A stretch of DNA of 64,000 bases from Nitrospirota bacterium. Lineage in GTDB: Bacteria; Nitrospirota; UBA9217. Shown piece by piece: positions 1-8,201 of this stretch (positions are counted from its first letter, which is position 1; every line of letters begins with the position of its first letter). Below the pieces are notes generated by a model, which ran no database searches, had not been told where the DNA came from, and was given only the letters and a program-made list of their open reading frames with translations. Made by a program: the position numbers and the translations under genes. The DNA lies in contig CAVVUN010000012.1 in assembly GCA_963751455.1 (NCBI GenBank), positions 32,001-96,000 of the forward strand, in the 5' to 3' direction.

Positions 1-2
1 AA

Positions 3-599
3 GTGGCCGACTGCGGGGCTAAGTCGTGGAAGGTAATGGCAGACCTTGAAAAGCCGGAAGAGTACGAAAGTCTGGTAAAACGTGCGCTCAGCGCAGCTGG
101 CTCTGTGGATATACTCGTAAACAATGCATCCATTTTCCTGCCGGGCGGGGTCATGGACGTCAGTTTTATCGACGTCATGCGGCATATGCATATCAACGCC
201 TGGGCGCCCTTCGCGCTCAGCCGCGAGTTTTCGCGGCTTGCGACACGGGGAAAAATCGTAAATCTTCTGGACACGAGGATAACCGGGTACTTCGACCGGA
301 CGCATGTGGCCTACACTCTGAGCAAGCAGATGCTGGCCGCGATGACCAGGATGTGCGCTATTGAGTTCTCTCCCGATTTCACTGTGAATGCTGTAGCGCC
401 CGGCCTGATCCTGCCGCCGAACGGCAAGGACGAGAGCTATCTGGACCGGCTTGCGCCGACAGTGCCCCTGAAGCGACACGGCGGGGCCGCGGACGTCGCA
501 GATGCGGTCCTCTACCTGCTCCAAAGCGATTTCGTTACCGGCCAGACGATTTACATCGACGGAGGCCGACACCTTTTGGGGAGCGCCGGTGGACCTTAG
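3..599 (+). CDS. SDR family oxidoreductase, pteridine reductase/FolM-like (5' end outside window)
   Basis: LVNNAS, YxxxK (YTLSK), VNAVAPG and VTGQTIYIDGG SDR motifs; precedes folB-folK-folE. Confidence 0.85.
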   Translation: MADCGAKSWKVMADLEKPEEYESLVKRALSAAGSVDILVNNASIFLPGGVMDVSFIDVMRHMHINAWAPFALSREFSRLATRGKIVNLLDTRITGYFDRTHVAYTLSKQMLAAMTRMCAIEFSPDFTVNAVAPGLILPPNGKDESYLDRLAPTVPLKRHGGAADVADAVLYLLQSDFVTGQTIYIDGGRHLLGSAGGP

Positions 600-620
600 C
601 GCCGGCTCACAGCCGCCGCG

Positions 621-719
621 AGTGGAGCCCCCTCCGGCACGAGCCGGAGGCTCCCCAAAACAACGCGACCTCCCGCGGGTTACGAGCATACCTCCCCCGG
701 CGGGAGCCGGGGGATTCAT
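621..719. repeat. Palindromic intergenic repeat (GGAGCCCCCTCCGGCA-GAGCCGGAGG family)
   Basis: Related copies inverted at about 8095-8180 and direct at about 32635-32685. Confidence 0.7.
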
Positions 720-936
720 AGTCACGGGATTGAAAATTGTAAATTGAAAATATCCAAAGCAATTTTGCCGCAAAGATGCACAAAATCCACAAGTAGATTC
801 CTGACCCGGACAAGCCGGAACAAAAGATCAAAGCCAAGGCGTCTCGCGCAAAGCCGCAAAGGCGCGTAAAAAAATCTTTAAGCCCGGTTTTTAAATAAGA
901 AAATAAATAATTTAGCCTTTCTTTGCGACTTGGCGA

Positions 937-1036
937 CGCTCGTGCCCAGCGTTTATGAGGCCCTTGATTCCCGTCTCGTGATTCTCAACGAGATGGTCGA
1001 CAATGGGTCTAAGTATTGTGCAACGCGAATGCAGGG
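937..1036 (+). repeat. Nested MITE-like repeat (CCCAGCGTTTATGAG...TGCAGGG with internal GCCCTTGATTCCCGTCTCG module)
   Basis: Copies at about 7992-8064 (inner module), 36225-36326 (inverted, full); short versions at 30149-30192 and 60295-60335. Confidence 0.75.
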
Positions 1037-1211
1037 TATTGCGCGAAATATTCTTGCCTTTTTGAGAAGAATTTAATTTCTCAGTTACCAAGAGAATTTG
1101 AATCTTGTTTTTTGCGCTTCTTGTGCATTTTTGAGGCTAAAAGCTTTTCCGACAAATTTACGGGATGGCCATCGGCCATCATGTTCGATTCCGCAATTCA
1201 GTTTCGATGCT

Positions 1212-1568
1212 ATGGACCGTATTCTGATACATGATCTCCTGGTCCGGTGCATACTGGGGGTAAATGAAGACGAGCGGCGCCAGAAGCAGGACGTGCTGAT
1301 CAACCTGGCGCTGTCCGTTGACCTCCGGAAAGCCGGCACAAGCGACCGTTTCGAGGATGCCTTGGACTATCGCAGCGTCAAGAAGCGCATCATGAGCATG
1401 ACGGAAAACTCGCGATACTATCTGGTGGAGGCCCTGGCAGAGGCGATTGCCGCTCTTTGCCTCGAGTACCCCCCGGTTCTTGAAGCCACCGTCAAGGTCG
1501 AGAAGCCGTTCGCGCTTCGGTTTGCCAGGAGCGTCGGAGTCGAAATCACGCGGACGCGGCGGGTCTGA
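1212..1568 (+). CDS. folB: Dihydroneopterin aldolase
   Basis: MDRILIHDL..GVNEDER..Q, LDYR, LVEALAE, VEKP motifs; start moved to ATG 1212. Confidence 0.93.
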   Translation: MDRILIHDLLVRCILGVNEDERRQKQDVLINLALSVDLRKAGTSDRFEDALDYRSVKKRIMSMTENSRYYLVEALAEAIAALCLEYPPVLEATVKVEKPFALRFARSVGVEITRTRRV

Positions 1569-1571
1569 CGC

Positions 1572-2096
1572 ATGACGCAGGCATTTGTCGGTGCAGGATC
1601 GAACATTTCCCCGGAAAAGAACATCAGGGAGGCAATTCGCCTGCTTGCGTTCCGGGTCGCGGTCCGCTCTATCTCAACGGTGTACCTGACCGATCCCGTG
1701 GGCCGTCCCGGACAGCCGGCATATTTCAACTGCGTTCTGTCGATAGATTCATCGATGCCGCCTCTTGAATTGAAGAATGTGCTCCGCGAGATCGAGAACA
1801 AATTGGGCAGGATGCGGAGCGGTGATAAATCAGCTCCACGCACGATCGATCTCGATCTCCTTATATACGGGAACAGAACGATGGAGGAAGAAGAGCTGAC
1901 CCTGCCCGATCCCGATATCCTCAGCCGGCCATTTCTGACAGTCGCGCTTGCCGAGCTTGACCCCGGCCTGATCCTGCCGGGAACCGGCATCCCGGTTTGC
2001 GGAATTGCAGAGAATGCGGTGCAAAGCGGGATGACGCCGCTTTCCTGTTACACCGCCCTTTTGAGGGAGGAACTGCGTTATGGCTTTCGACCATGA
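1572..2096 (+). CDS. folK: 2-amino-4-hydroxy-6-hydroxymethyldihydropteridine diphosphokinase
   Basis: GAGSNI, YFNCV, IENKLGR and PRTIDLDLL signature. Confidence 0.93.
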   Translation: MTQAFVGAGSNISPEKNIREAIRLLAFRVAVRSISTVYLTDPVGRPGQPAYFNCVLSIDSSMPPLELKNVLREIENKLGRMRSGDKSAPRTIDLDLLIYGNRTMEEEELTLPDPDILSRPFLTVALAELDPGLILPGTGIPVCGIAENAVQSGMTPLSCYTALLREELRYGFRP

Positions 2097-2658
2097 GAAA
2101 GTACGGAGTCTGGTTCGTGAAGTCCTGATACAGATCGGCGAAGATCCCCTGCGTGAAGGACTGCTGGCCACACCGAAGCGGGTTGCGTCGGCAATTGAGT
2201 TTCTGACTGCCGGTTATCACGCGGACGTTGAGAAGCTGATTAATGAAGCCTGCTTCGCGCAGGATACGACGAGTATGGTGGTAGAGCGGGACATTGAAGT
2301 ATACAGCCTCTGCGAGCATCACATGCTGCCGTTCTTCGGTCGTTGCCACATAGGCTACATCCCGCGCGGAAGGGTCTTCGGGATCAGCAAACTTGCGAGG
2401 CTTGTCGATATGTTTGCACGAAGGCTGCAGATCCAGGAACGGCTTACTGAACAAATTGCGTACGTGGTAAAAAATGCAATCCAGGCCGACGGCGTGGGTG
2501 TCATGATCGAGGCGCATCACCTCTGCATGATGATGCGGGGTGTTGAAAAACAAAACTCCATGTTTGTTACATCTTCGGTACTGGGCGTTTTTCGCGATAA
2601 TCCGGCCACCAGGCAGGAATTCATGTCGATTATAGCCAGGGCAAGACCGGAGGTATGA
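2080..2658 (+). CDS. folE: GTP cyclohydrolase I
   Basis: [40 protein letters not shown]. Confidence 0.97.
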   Translation: MAFDHEKVRSLVREVLIQIGEDPLREGLLATPKRVASAIEFLTAGYHADVEKLINEACFAQDTTSMVVERDIEVYSLCEHHMLPFFGRCHIGYIPRGRVFGISKLARLVDMFARRLQIQERLTEQIAYVVKNAIQADGVGVMIEAHHLCMMMRGVEKQNSMFVTSSVLGVFRDNPATRQEFMSIIARARPEV

Positions 2659-2925
2659 AGCTTAGGCCGGTATTCAGGCCTCACCCCTGCTTGCCGGATC
2701 TCCTCGGGCGGGCCCGCCGATTACTCCTGATGTCAGTCCCCGATGATACTTTGAGTGAATTGACATGACTTCATGTGGTGATATGTTTAGTAATATTTTT
2801 TGTTTCGAATACCCATCGTTACCTATCGAAGCCCATAAAAAAGTATCAATTCCCGAAGCGGAAGCACAACGCGCAGATGGGCCGTATTGATCGCCTGTTT
2901 GAGCAGGCATGCGAGGAGGAGCGGC

Positions 2926-3348
2926 ATGGTGCAGAAGGCAAGCCCCAAATTAACGGAACTGATGAACCAGGCGATAGCTGCGGAACTGCAGGCCATAATT
3001 CAGTACATGTGGCACCATGTAATGGTCAAAGGTATGAACGCGTCGGAACTTTCGGACGTGTTCGAAAAGACGTCTATGGATGAAATGAAGCACGCCGAGA
3101 AAATCGCGGAGCGCCTTAATTATTTTGATGTAAGCCCCACGATCAAGCCTAATCCCATTTCCGTCGGGGGAGACGCGATCCAGATGCTGAGGGCGGATGC
3201 CAGGACCGAAGAAGAGGCAATTGCTTTATACAAGAACATCATAAAGCAGGCTGTTTCGGAAGGCGACGAAACAACGAGGCTGCTCTTCGAGGAGATCCTT
3301 TCCATCGAGGAAGGACACCACGACACGCTCACAACCCTGCTGGGTTAG
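2926..3348 (+). CDS. Ferritin-like/bacterioferritin family protein
   Basis: Diiron ligand pattern ELQAIIQY, DEMKHAE, EEEAIALY, EEGHHD; AGGAGG RBS. Confidence 0.85.
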   Translation: MVQKASPKLTELMNQAIAAELQAIIQYMWHHVMVKGMNASELSDVFEKTSMDEMKHAEKIAERLNYFDVSPTIKPNPISVGGDAIQMLRADARTEEEAIALYKNIIKQAVSEGDETTRLLFEEILSIEEGHHDTLTTLLG

Positions 3349-3390
3349 TTTGCACTTGCTCACGAATTCGGATATTTGCGGGAAGATAGT

Positions 3391-4026
3391 ATGAGTTTTG
3401 TTAAAAACTGCTTCATTGCCTTAACGGTCATGCTGCTGCTCTTTTCTGCGCCTTGTTCCTATGCAAAGCCTAAAAAGACCGGCATCACGTCTCCCCGGAA
3501 ATCGTTGGAGTTGAAGCTGGATCTTCGTGATCAATGGGTAGAACATATCTTCTGGATCCGCAATGTAATTGTAACAACGAGGTTCGGCAACACCGAAGCT
3601 GCCATGACCGCAGAGGATATGGTCATGAAACATCAAAGGACGCTTGCCGATTCGATGACTGCGGTTTACGGGAAGGACCGGGCAGAGTTTTTTTTCGACC
3701 TGCTCGGCGTTCGTTTTGCAGCTATCAAGCAATATATGACCGCCGCTGCGAACCATGACAACCTTGCGCAAAACGCCGCGATATCCAGGATAAGGAAGAA
3801 TACGGAAGATATGACCTCATTTCTGGTTTCCGCCAATTCCGGCTGGTCGGCTCAAACAGTCCTGGGGCTGCTCATGGCGCAGGGCGGTCACCATATCACC
3901 GAGATAGATCAGATCCTGAGCGGCGACTTTTCTTCCGAGTCGCAGACCTGGGCCGCGCTGAAAAATACCGTCTATCTGATTGCCGATACCATGGCGGACG
4001 GCATGGTGAATAAAAGCGGCCGCTAA
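3391..4026 (+). CDS. Secreted all-helical hypothetical protein
   Basis: N-terminal signal peptide; LRDQWVEHIFWIR motif of an uncharacterised helical family. Confidence 0.6.
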   Translation: MSFVKNCFIALTVMLLLFSAPCSYAKPKKTGITSPRKSLELKLDLRDQWVEHIFWIRNVIVTTRFGNTEAAMTAEDMVMKHQRTLADSMTAVYGKDRAEFFFDLLGVRFAAIKQYMTAAANHDNLAQNAAISRIRKNTEDMTSFLVSANSGWSAQTVLGLLMAQGGHHITEIDQILSGDFSSESQTWAALKNTVYLIADTMADGMVNKSGR

Positions 4027-4041
4027 AAAGGAGGTTCCGGC

Positions 4042-4650
4042 ATGCCATATACCGCAAAAGATTATTCAAAATTGATCGGAATGGAGGGCTTCAGTGAAGC
4101 GCTGCTTAAGAATCATTTCACCCTCTATCAGGGATACGTGACCAACACGAACAAAATTCTCGACATCCTGAACCGGATAATCAAGGCGAACGAGGTAAAC
4201 ACCCCGGAATATTCGGAGCTCAAACGCCGGCTCGGGTGGGAATTCGACGGGATGCGCCTGCATGAGCTGTATTTCGAGAACCTCGGGGGTAAATCGACGT
4301 TCAATAAGAACAGCGACCTTGCCCGGAAATTGAGCGTGGATTTCGGCAGCTTTGAAAACTGGGAAAATGATTTCAAAGCAACCGGCATGATACGAGGAAT
4401 AGGCTGGAGCATCCTGTATCAGGACACGGTGACCGGCAGCCTCTTCAATTTCTGGATCAACGAGCATGACGGCGGCCACCCGGCCGGATGCAGCCCGCTT
4501 CTGATCATGGACGTCTTCGAGCACGCGTTCATGAGCGACTACCAGTTGAAGAGGGCCGACTACATTCTCGCATTTATGAGAAATATAAATTGGACCCTGG
4601 TCGAGAGCAGGCTGGAGCTGTTTCAGCAGTTCATGAAAAAAGCAGGATAG
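4042..4650 (+). CDS. sod: Fe/Mn superoxide dismutase (ChrC-like branch)
   Basis: Metal ligands in NHFTLYQGY, LHELYF and DVFEHAF. Confidence 0.9.
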   Translation: MPYTAKDYSKLIGMEGFSEALLKNHFTLYQGYVTNTNKILDILNRIIKANEVNTPEYSELKRRLGWEFDGMRLHELYFENLGGKSTFNKNSDLARKLSVDFGSFENWENDFKATGMIRGIGWSILYQDTVTGSLFNFWINEHDGGHPAGCSPLLIMDVFEHAFMSDYQLKRADYILAFMRNINWTLVESRLELFQQFMKKAG

Positions 4651-4752
4651 ACTCTTACATCCGCTCCCCGAGGCGGCGCAGGGACAGGGCTTCTCTTTGC
4701 TCCTGCAAACCTTGCCCGCCCCGGCGTTCGTTTTTTATATTAGGCGCATGAA

Positions 4753-5274
4753 ATGAAAAAAAGAGGAAAAAAGATTTTCAGCCTGCTGGCCGAGATGCTT
4801 GACTATCCCACGCAGCGAATCGCCGCACAGGCCCTAGAAGCGGCCCCAGCACTGGAGAGTGCGAACCCGGCCGCCAGGCCTCATATCGAGCGTTTCCTTC
4901 AATTTTGTCATGTGAACCCGCTGTCTCGTCTTGAGGAAATCTACATCCAGACGTTCGACCTGCAGGCAGCGTGCTGTCCCTCTGTGGGGCACCACTTGTT
5001 CGCGGAGGACCTCAGCCGCAGCCTCTTCATGGTGAAGATGAAGGAGCACTACGGCTCCCATGTTTCATATGGAAATGAGCCCCCTGATCATATCACGATC
5101 ATGCTGCGTTCTCTGGTCGTGCAGGATTCAGTCGAGGAAGCCCGCGACCTGATTTTTCTTTGTCTGGTGCCTGCTCTCAGAAAGATGATAGCTCTGTTGC
5201 CAGACAGCGGCAATCCGTACCGGGAAGTTATGAAAGCGGTTCTCCTGGCTCTTGAAACTGAAGCCGCGAACTAA
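4753..5274 (+). CDS. narJ: Nitrate reductase delta subunit/TorD-like molybdoenzyme chaperone
   Basis: LLAEMLDYP, LEEIYIQTFDL, HLFAED..R and EPPDHI motifs. Confidence 0.75.
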   Translation: MKKRGKKIFSLLAEMLDYPTQRIAAQALEAAPALESANPAARPHIERFLQFCHVNPLSRLEEIYIQTFDLQAACCPSVGHHLFAEDLSRSLFMVKMKEHYGSHVSYGNEPPDHITIMLRSLVVQDSVEEARDLIFLCLVPALRKMIALLPDSGNPYREVMKAVLLALETEAAN

Positions 5275-5319
5275 TAGAGACGCATTTATTGTTACCTGTT
5301 TGTTGAATCGCTGATGCTT

Positions 5320-5356
5320 AAATCCCCTCTTAATCCCCCTTTTTCAAAGGGGGAGA
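5320..5356. repeat. REP-like palindrome, left arm (AAATCCCC...CCCCCTTTTTCAAAGGGGGAG)
   Basis: Inverted partner at 6655-6690 on the other side of the IS481. Confidence 0.7.
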
Positions 5357-5360
5357 TCAT

Positions 5361-6647
5361 TGTGCAACATGCACATGGGTTACATTTTAACCTGTGGACA
5401 TGGGTTACACTTTTTTTAACTTAGGTTCCACTTTTCCGAGCTTGACGTCGAGTAAGCCGATAGGATGGAAACCGAAGCGAATTTCGTATTTCCCATCGGC
5501 GGTCTCGATGAGGCCGACTCTCGCTCCGGCCAGGAGCTCGGAGATGAAGTAGTAAGTTCTGTTAAACCGGATTTCGCCGTGAAGGCGGATCTTGCGGACC
5601 TTGATGCCATGATCGTACTCAGGTTCGCGGAGTTTTTCCGGGAACCTCCTGGGTGATGGTTCGTAAACGCTCGCGGGTGTCTTTTTATTGAGCGCCTCAT
5701 GCGGGCGGTCGTAATTGTACTCGTGCCGGAACTCATCGAACCGGATTTGCTGCCGGTTCATGTCCGACTCGGGCGGCTTGGTCGTATCCTGTTTCAGGGT
5801 TCGGTGCATCCGCTCGTGTCGCCCGTTCTGCTGGGGCTTGCCGGATTCTATCCGTTCCGGCCTGATACCGAGTTTGATGAGCCATACCGACAATCGGCTG
5901 AGGCCCGTTACCCCGCGTCCGGCAAACGGCGTCCCGTTGTCGGTACGGATCGCCTCCGGCAGGCCGAATTCGCGGAAAGCCCACTCGAACCATGGCTGGG
6001 TGTCCGCGTGACAAGGGGAATAAAGGCCCTTGCACGTAAGCAGGTAACGGCTCATGTTGTCGGTAATGGTCAAGGGATAGCACCATCGGCCGTCGCCTGT
6101 CTTGAACTGGCCCTTGTAGTCTGCGCTCCAGACCTTGTTTGGTGCATCGCAGGCCAGGAACGGCTCGCTGTATTTCGGCGTCTTCTTTCTCAGCCGCCGA
6201 CTCTTGACGAGGCCCCGCCGTTTGAGCCATTTCTCGGCGGTACAGACAGAGGGCCATTTAATCTGGGGCTCGTCCCGGTTTAAGAGGTCTAACAGCTTCT
6301 CGGGACCCCAGGTCATATGCAGCAGCTTTGCTTCAACCAGACGGTTGATGATTTCCTCATCGGTCTGGTTCGGGTGAACGATCGGACCCCGGCAAAGTTC
6401 TTTCAGGCCATCGAGGCCGAGCCTGTCGTAACGCTCGGTCCACTTATAAATGGTCTTGCGGCTTACTCCGTAGATCACCGACAGATCGGTGATACTGTAG
6501 CCGTTAAGCCAGTCGGCTATTAGCTTTAAACGCTCTTCCATGGGCTCCGTCTTTCTCCAGGGCATAGGATGATCCTCCTAGCCCTGCAGTTTAACGTGTT
6601 ACCCATGTCCATAGGTTAGTTTGTTACCTATGTTAGCAGGTTGTACC
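5361..6647 (-). mobile_element. IS481 family insertion sequence
   Basis: About 50-bp imperfect terminal inverted repeats with repeated CATGGGTTACA/TGTTACCCATG binding motifs around a DDE transposase. Confidence 0.88.
5405..6565 (-). CDS. IS481 family transposase (rve integrase core)
   Basis: MPW start, N-terminal HTH, WSADYKG, IRTDNG.PF, GKPQQNGRHERMHRTLK. Confidence 0.95.
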   Translation of the reverse strand: MPWRKTEPMEERLKLIADWLNGYSITDLSVIYGVSRKTIYKWTERYDRLGLDGLKELCRGPIVHPNQTDEEIINRLVEAKLLHMTWGPEKLLDLLNRDEPQIKWPSVCTAEKWLKRRGLVKSRRLRKKTPKYSEPFLACDAPNKVWSADYKGQFKTGDGRWCYPLTITDNMSRYLLTCKGLYSPCHADTQPWFEWAFREFGLPEAIRTDNGTPFAGRGVTGLSRLSVWLIKLGIRPERIESGKPQQNGRHERMHRTLKQDTTKPPESDMNRQQIRFDEFRHEYNYDRPHEALNKKTPASVYEPSPRRFPEKLREPEYDHGIKVRKIRLHGEIRFNRTYYFISELLAGARVGLIETADGKYEIRFGFHPIGLLDVKLGKVEPKLKKV

Positions 6648-6763
6648 CATTTTACTCCCCTCTTTGGAAAAGAGGGGCCAGGGGAGATTAACACAAATTA
6701 ATACGTTTGCTTTAGAAACGAACGCCGTTTAGACATCATTGCAGGAACAACACGGAAAACGGT

Positions 6764-7192
6764 ATGAATGAACAACTCGAATCGAGCATCACTGCCGAGG
6801 TCGTAATCTGTGCACTGATATGCATGCTTTTCCCCGGGTGCGGAAGCGAATCAGCGTCCTCTTCCCTGGTCGGGCAGAAAGTCGTCTGGGAAGGCAGCAT
6901 CGACGACCGTCTCGACGATAAGGCCGTTTTTGATCGGACAGTCGCCTGCCTCAATCAGCACTTCGGCATCCAGGAGCCGAAGCCCCATCCCAGGCTCGTC
7001 CTCCTGAACGGTGAATTCATGGTGCAGGGCGAGGGTCCCTACGACGGATACATTTTATTCGAGCCGAACATTATGTACGTGAGAAGCTCAAACCGTGAGC
7101 CATGGATCGTTTGTCATGAGACAATTCATTGGATGTATCAGGTCGGAGACTCGCTTCATGGCACCGAACCGTACTACGTGTGCCAGCAGTAG
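6764..7192 (+). CDS. Putative lipoprotein with HExxH zincin-like motif
   Basis: Hydrophobic N-terminus with FPGC lipobox-like site; CHETIHW. Confidence 0.5.
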   Translation: MNEQLESSITAEVVICALICMLFPGCGSESASSSLVGQKVVWEGSIDDRLDDKAVFDRTVACLNQHFGIQEPKPHPRLVLLNGEFMVQGEGPYDGYILFEPNIMYVRSSNREPWIVCHETIHWMYQVGDSLHGTEPYYVCQQ

Positions 7193-7471
7193 AGAAAGCC
7201 CTTCCGGTCAAGCGTCAACAAGGCGGTTCCTGCTCCGAATGTGAAGGCGCTGCCGCAGTTGCCTGATTTGTTTCTTCGGGCTGCTGTTCATTCCTCCGAT
7301 GCTTTCAGAATCTGATTATACAACCCGATGATGACGACGATAGGATCACCTTTGTATCTAAATTGACAAATGATTATTTGGTGATATGTTCAAAATATGA
7401 TTTTCTTTTGATAAATCAGGTTTCCTGGCCCACGCGTTGAATATGCACATTTTTTGGATCAGGGAGGGCGC

Positions 7472-7852
7472 ATGATTAAAACGCCGATCGGCAGCAAGTT
7501 GTGGGCGATTGCTGAGGGATATATACCGGCATGGAGCCACGGTCCTGAACCGGAAATGATCAGTCACGAGACCGCATACATCCTGAACTCCTCAGACCTT
7601 ACCGCCCATATCGAGATCACGATCTATTACAGCAACAGAGAACCATCCGGACCATACAAATTCGTTGTGCCTCCACGGCGGACCAACCATATCAGGTTCA
7701 ACGATCTGCAGGACCCGGAGCCGATCCCGAGGGCCACAGAGTATGCATCCGTGATCGAATCCGATGTGCCTGTTGTCGTCCAGTTTACCAGGCTCGATTC
7801 CCGGCAGGCGGAGAACGCGCTGATAAGTACCATTGCGTATGCGGCCGCATAA
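7472..7852 (+). CDS. Anabaena sensory rhodopsin transducer (ASRT) family protein
   Basis: IGSKLWAIAEGYIP, SHET, RRTNHIRFNDL, PVVVQFTRLDSRQ. Confidence 0.85.
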   Translation: MIKTPIGSKLWAIAEGYIPAWSHGPEPEMISHETAYILNSSDLTAHIEITIYYSNREPSGPYKFVVPPRRTNHIRFNDLQDPEPIPRATEYASVIESDVPVVVQFTRLDSRQAENALISTIAYAAA

Positions 7853-8201
7853 CGAACACAATTTCGAAATCCTCTTTAAAACTTGCCACAGAGAACACAG
7901 AGATTACCGGTGAACAATTCATGACTATGAGTGCCTTTTACGCTTTTTCCGTGAAGCCTCTGTGAACTCTGTGGCAGAGGATATTTTTTTTGCCCTTGAT
8001 TCCCGTCTCGCGATTCACAGCGAGATGGTACGACAATGAGTCTAAGTATTGAGGCATCGCGAATCTCGCAGCAATGCTTTCGCGGATTACGACGCATACC
8101 TCCCCGGCTCTGACGGGGGCAATGGATGTAGTCCGCGGGAGGTCGCGTTTTTAAAGGGAGCCTCCGGCTCCTGCCGGACGCCTCACCCAAGAGATCGATC
8201 T

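Noticed and set aside
8049-8201. N-terminal extensions in the ORF track (also 36170-36259, 59683-59805, 61629-61676)
   Set aside because: They run through intergenic repeats; downstream start codons match the domain or signal-peptide starts
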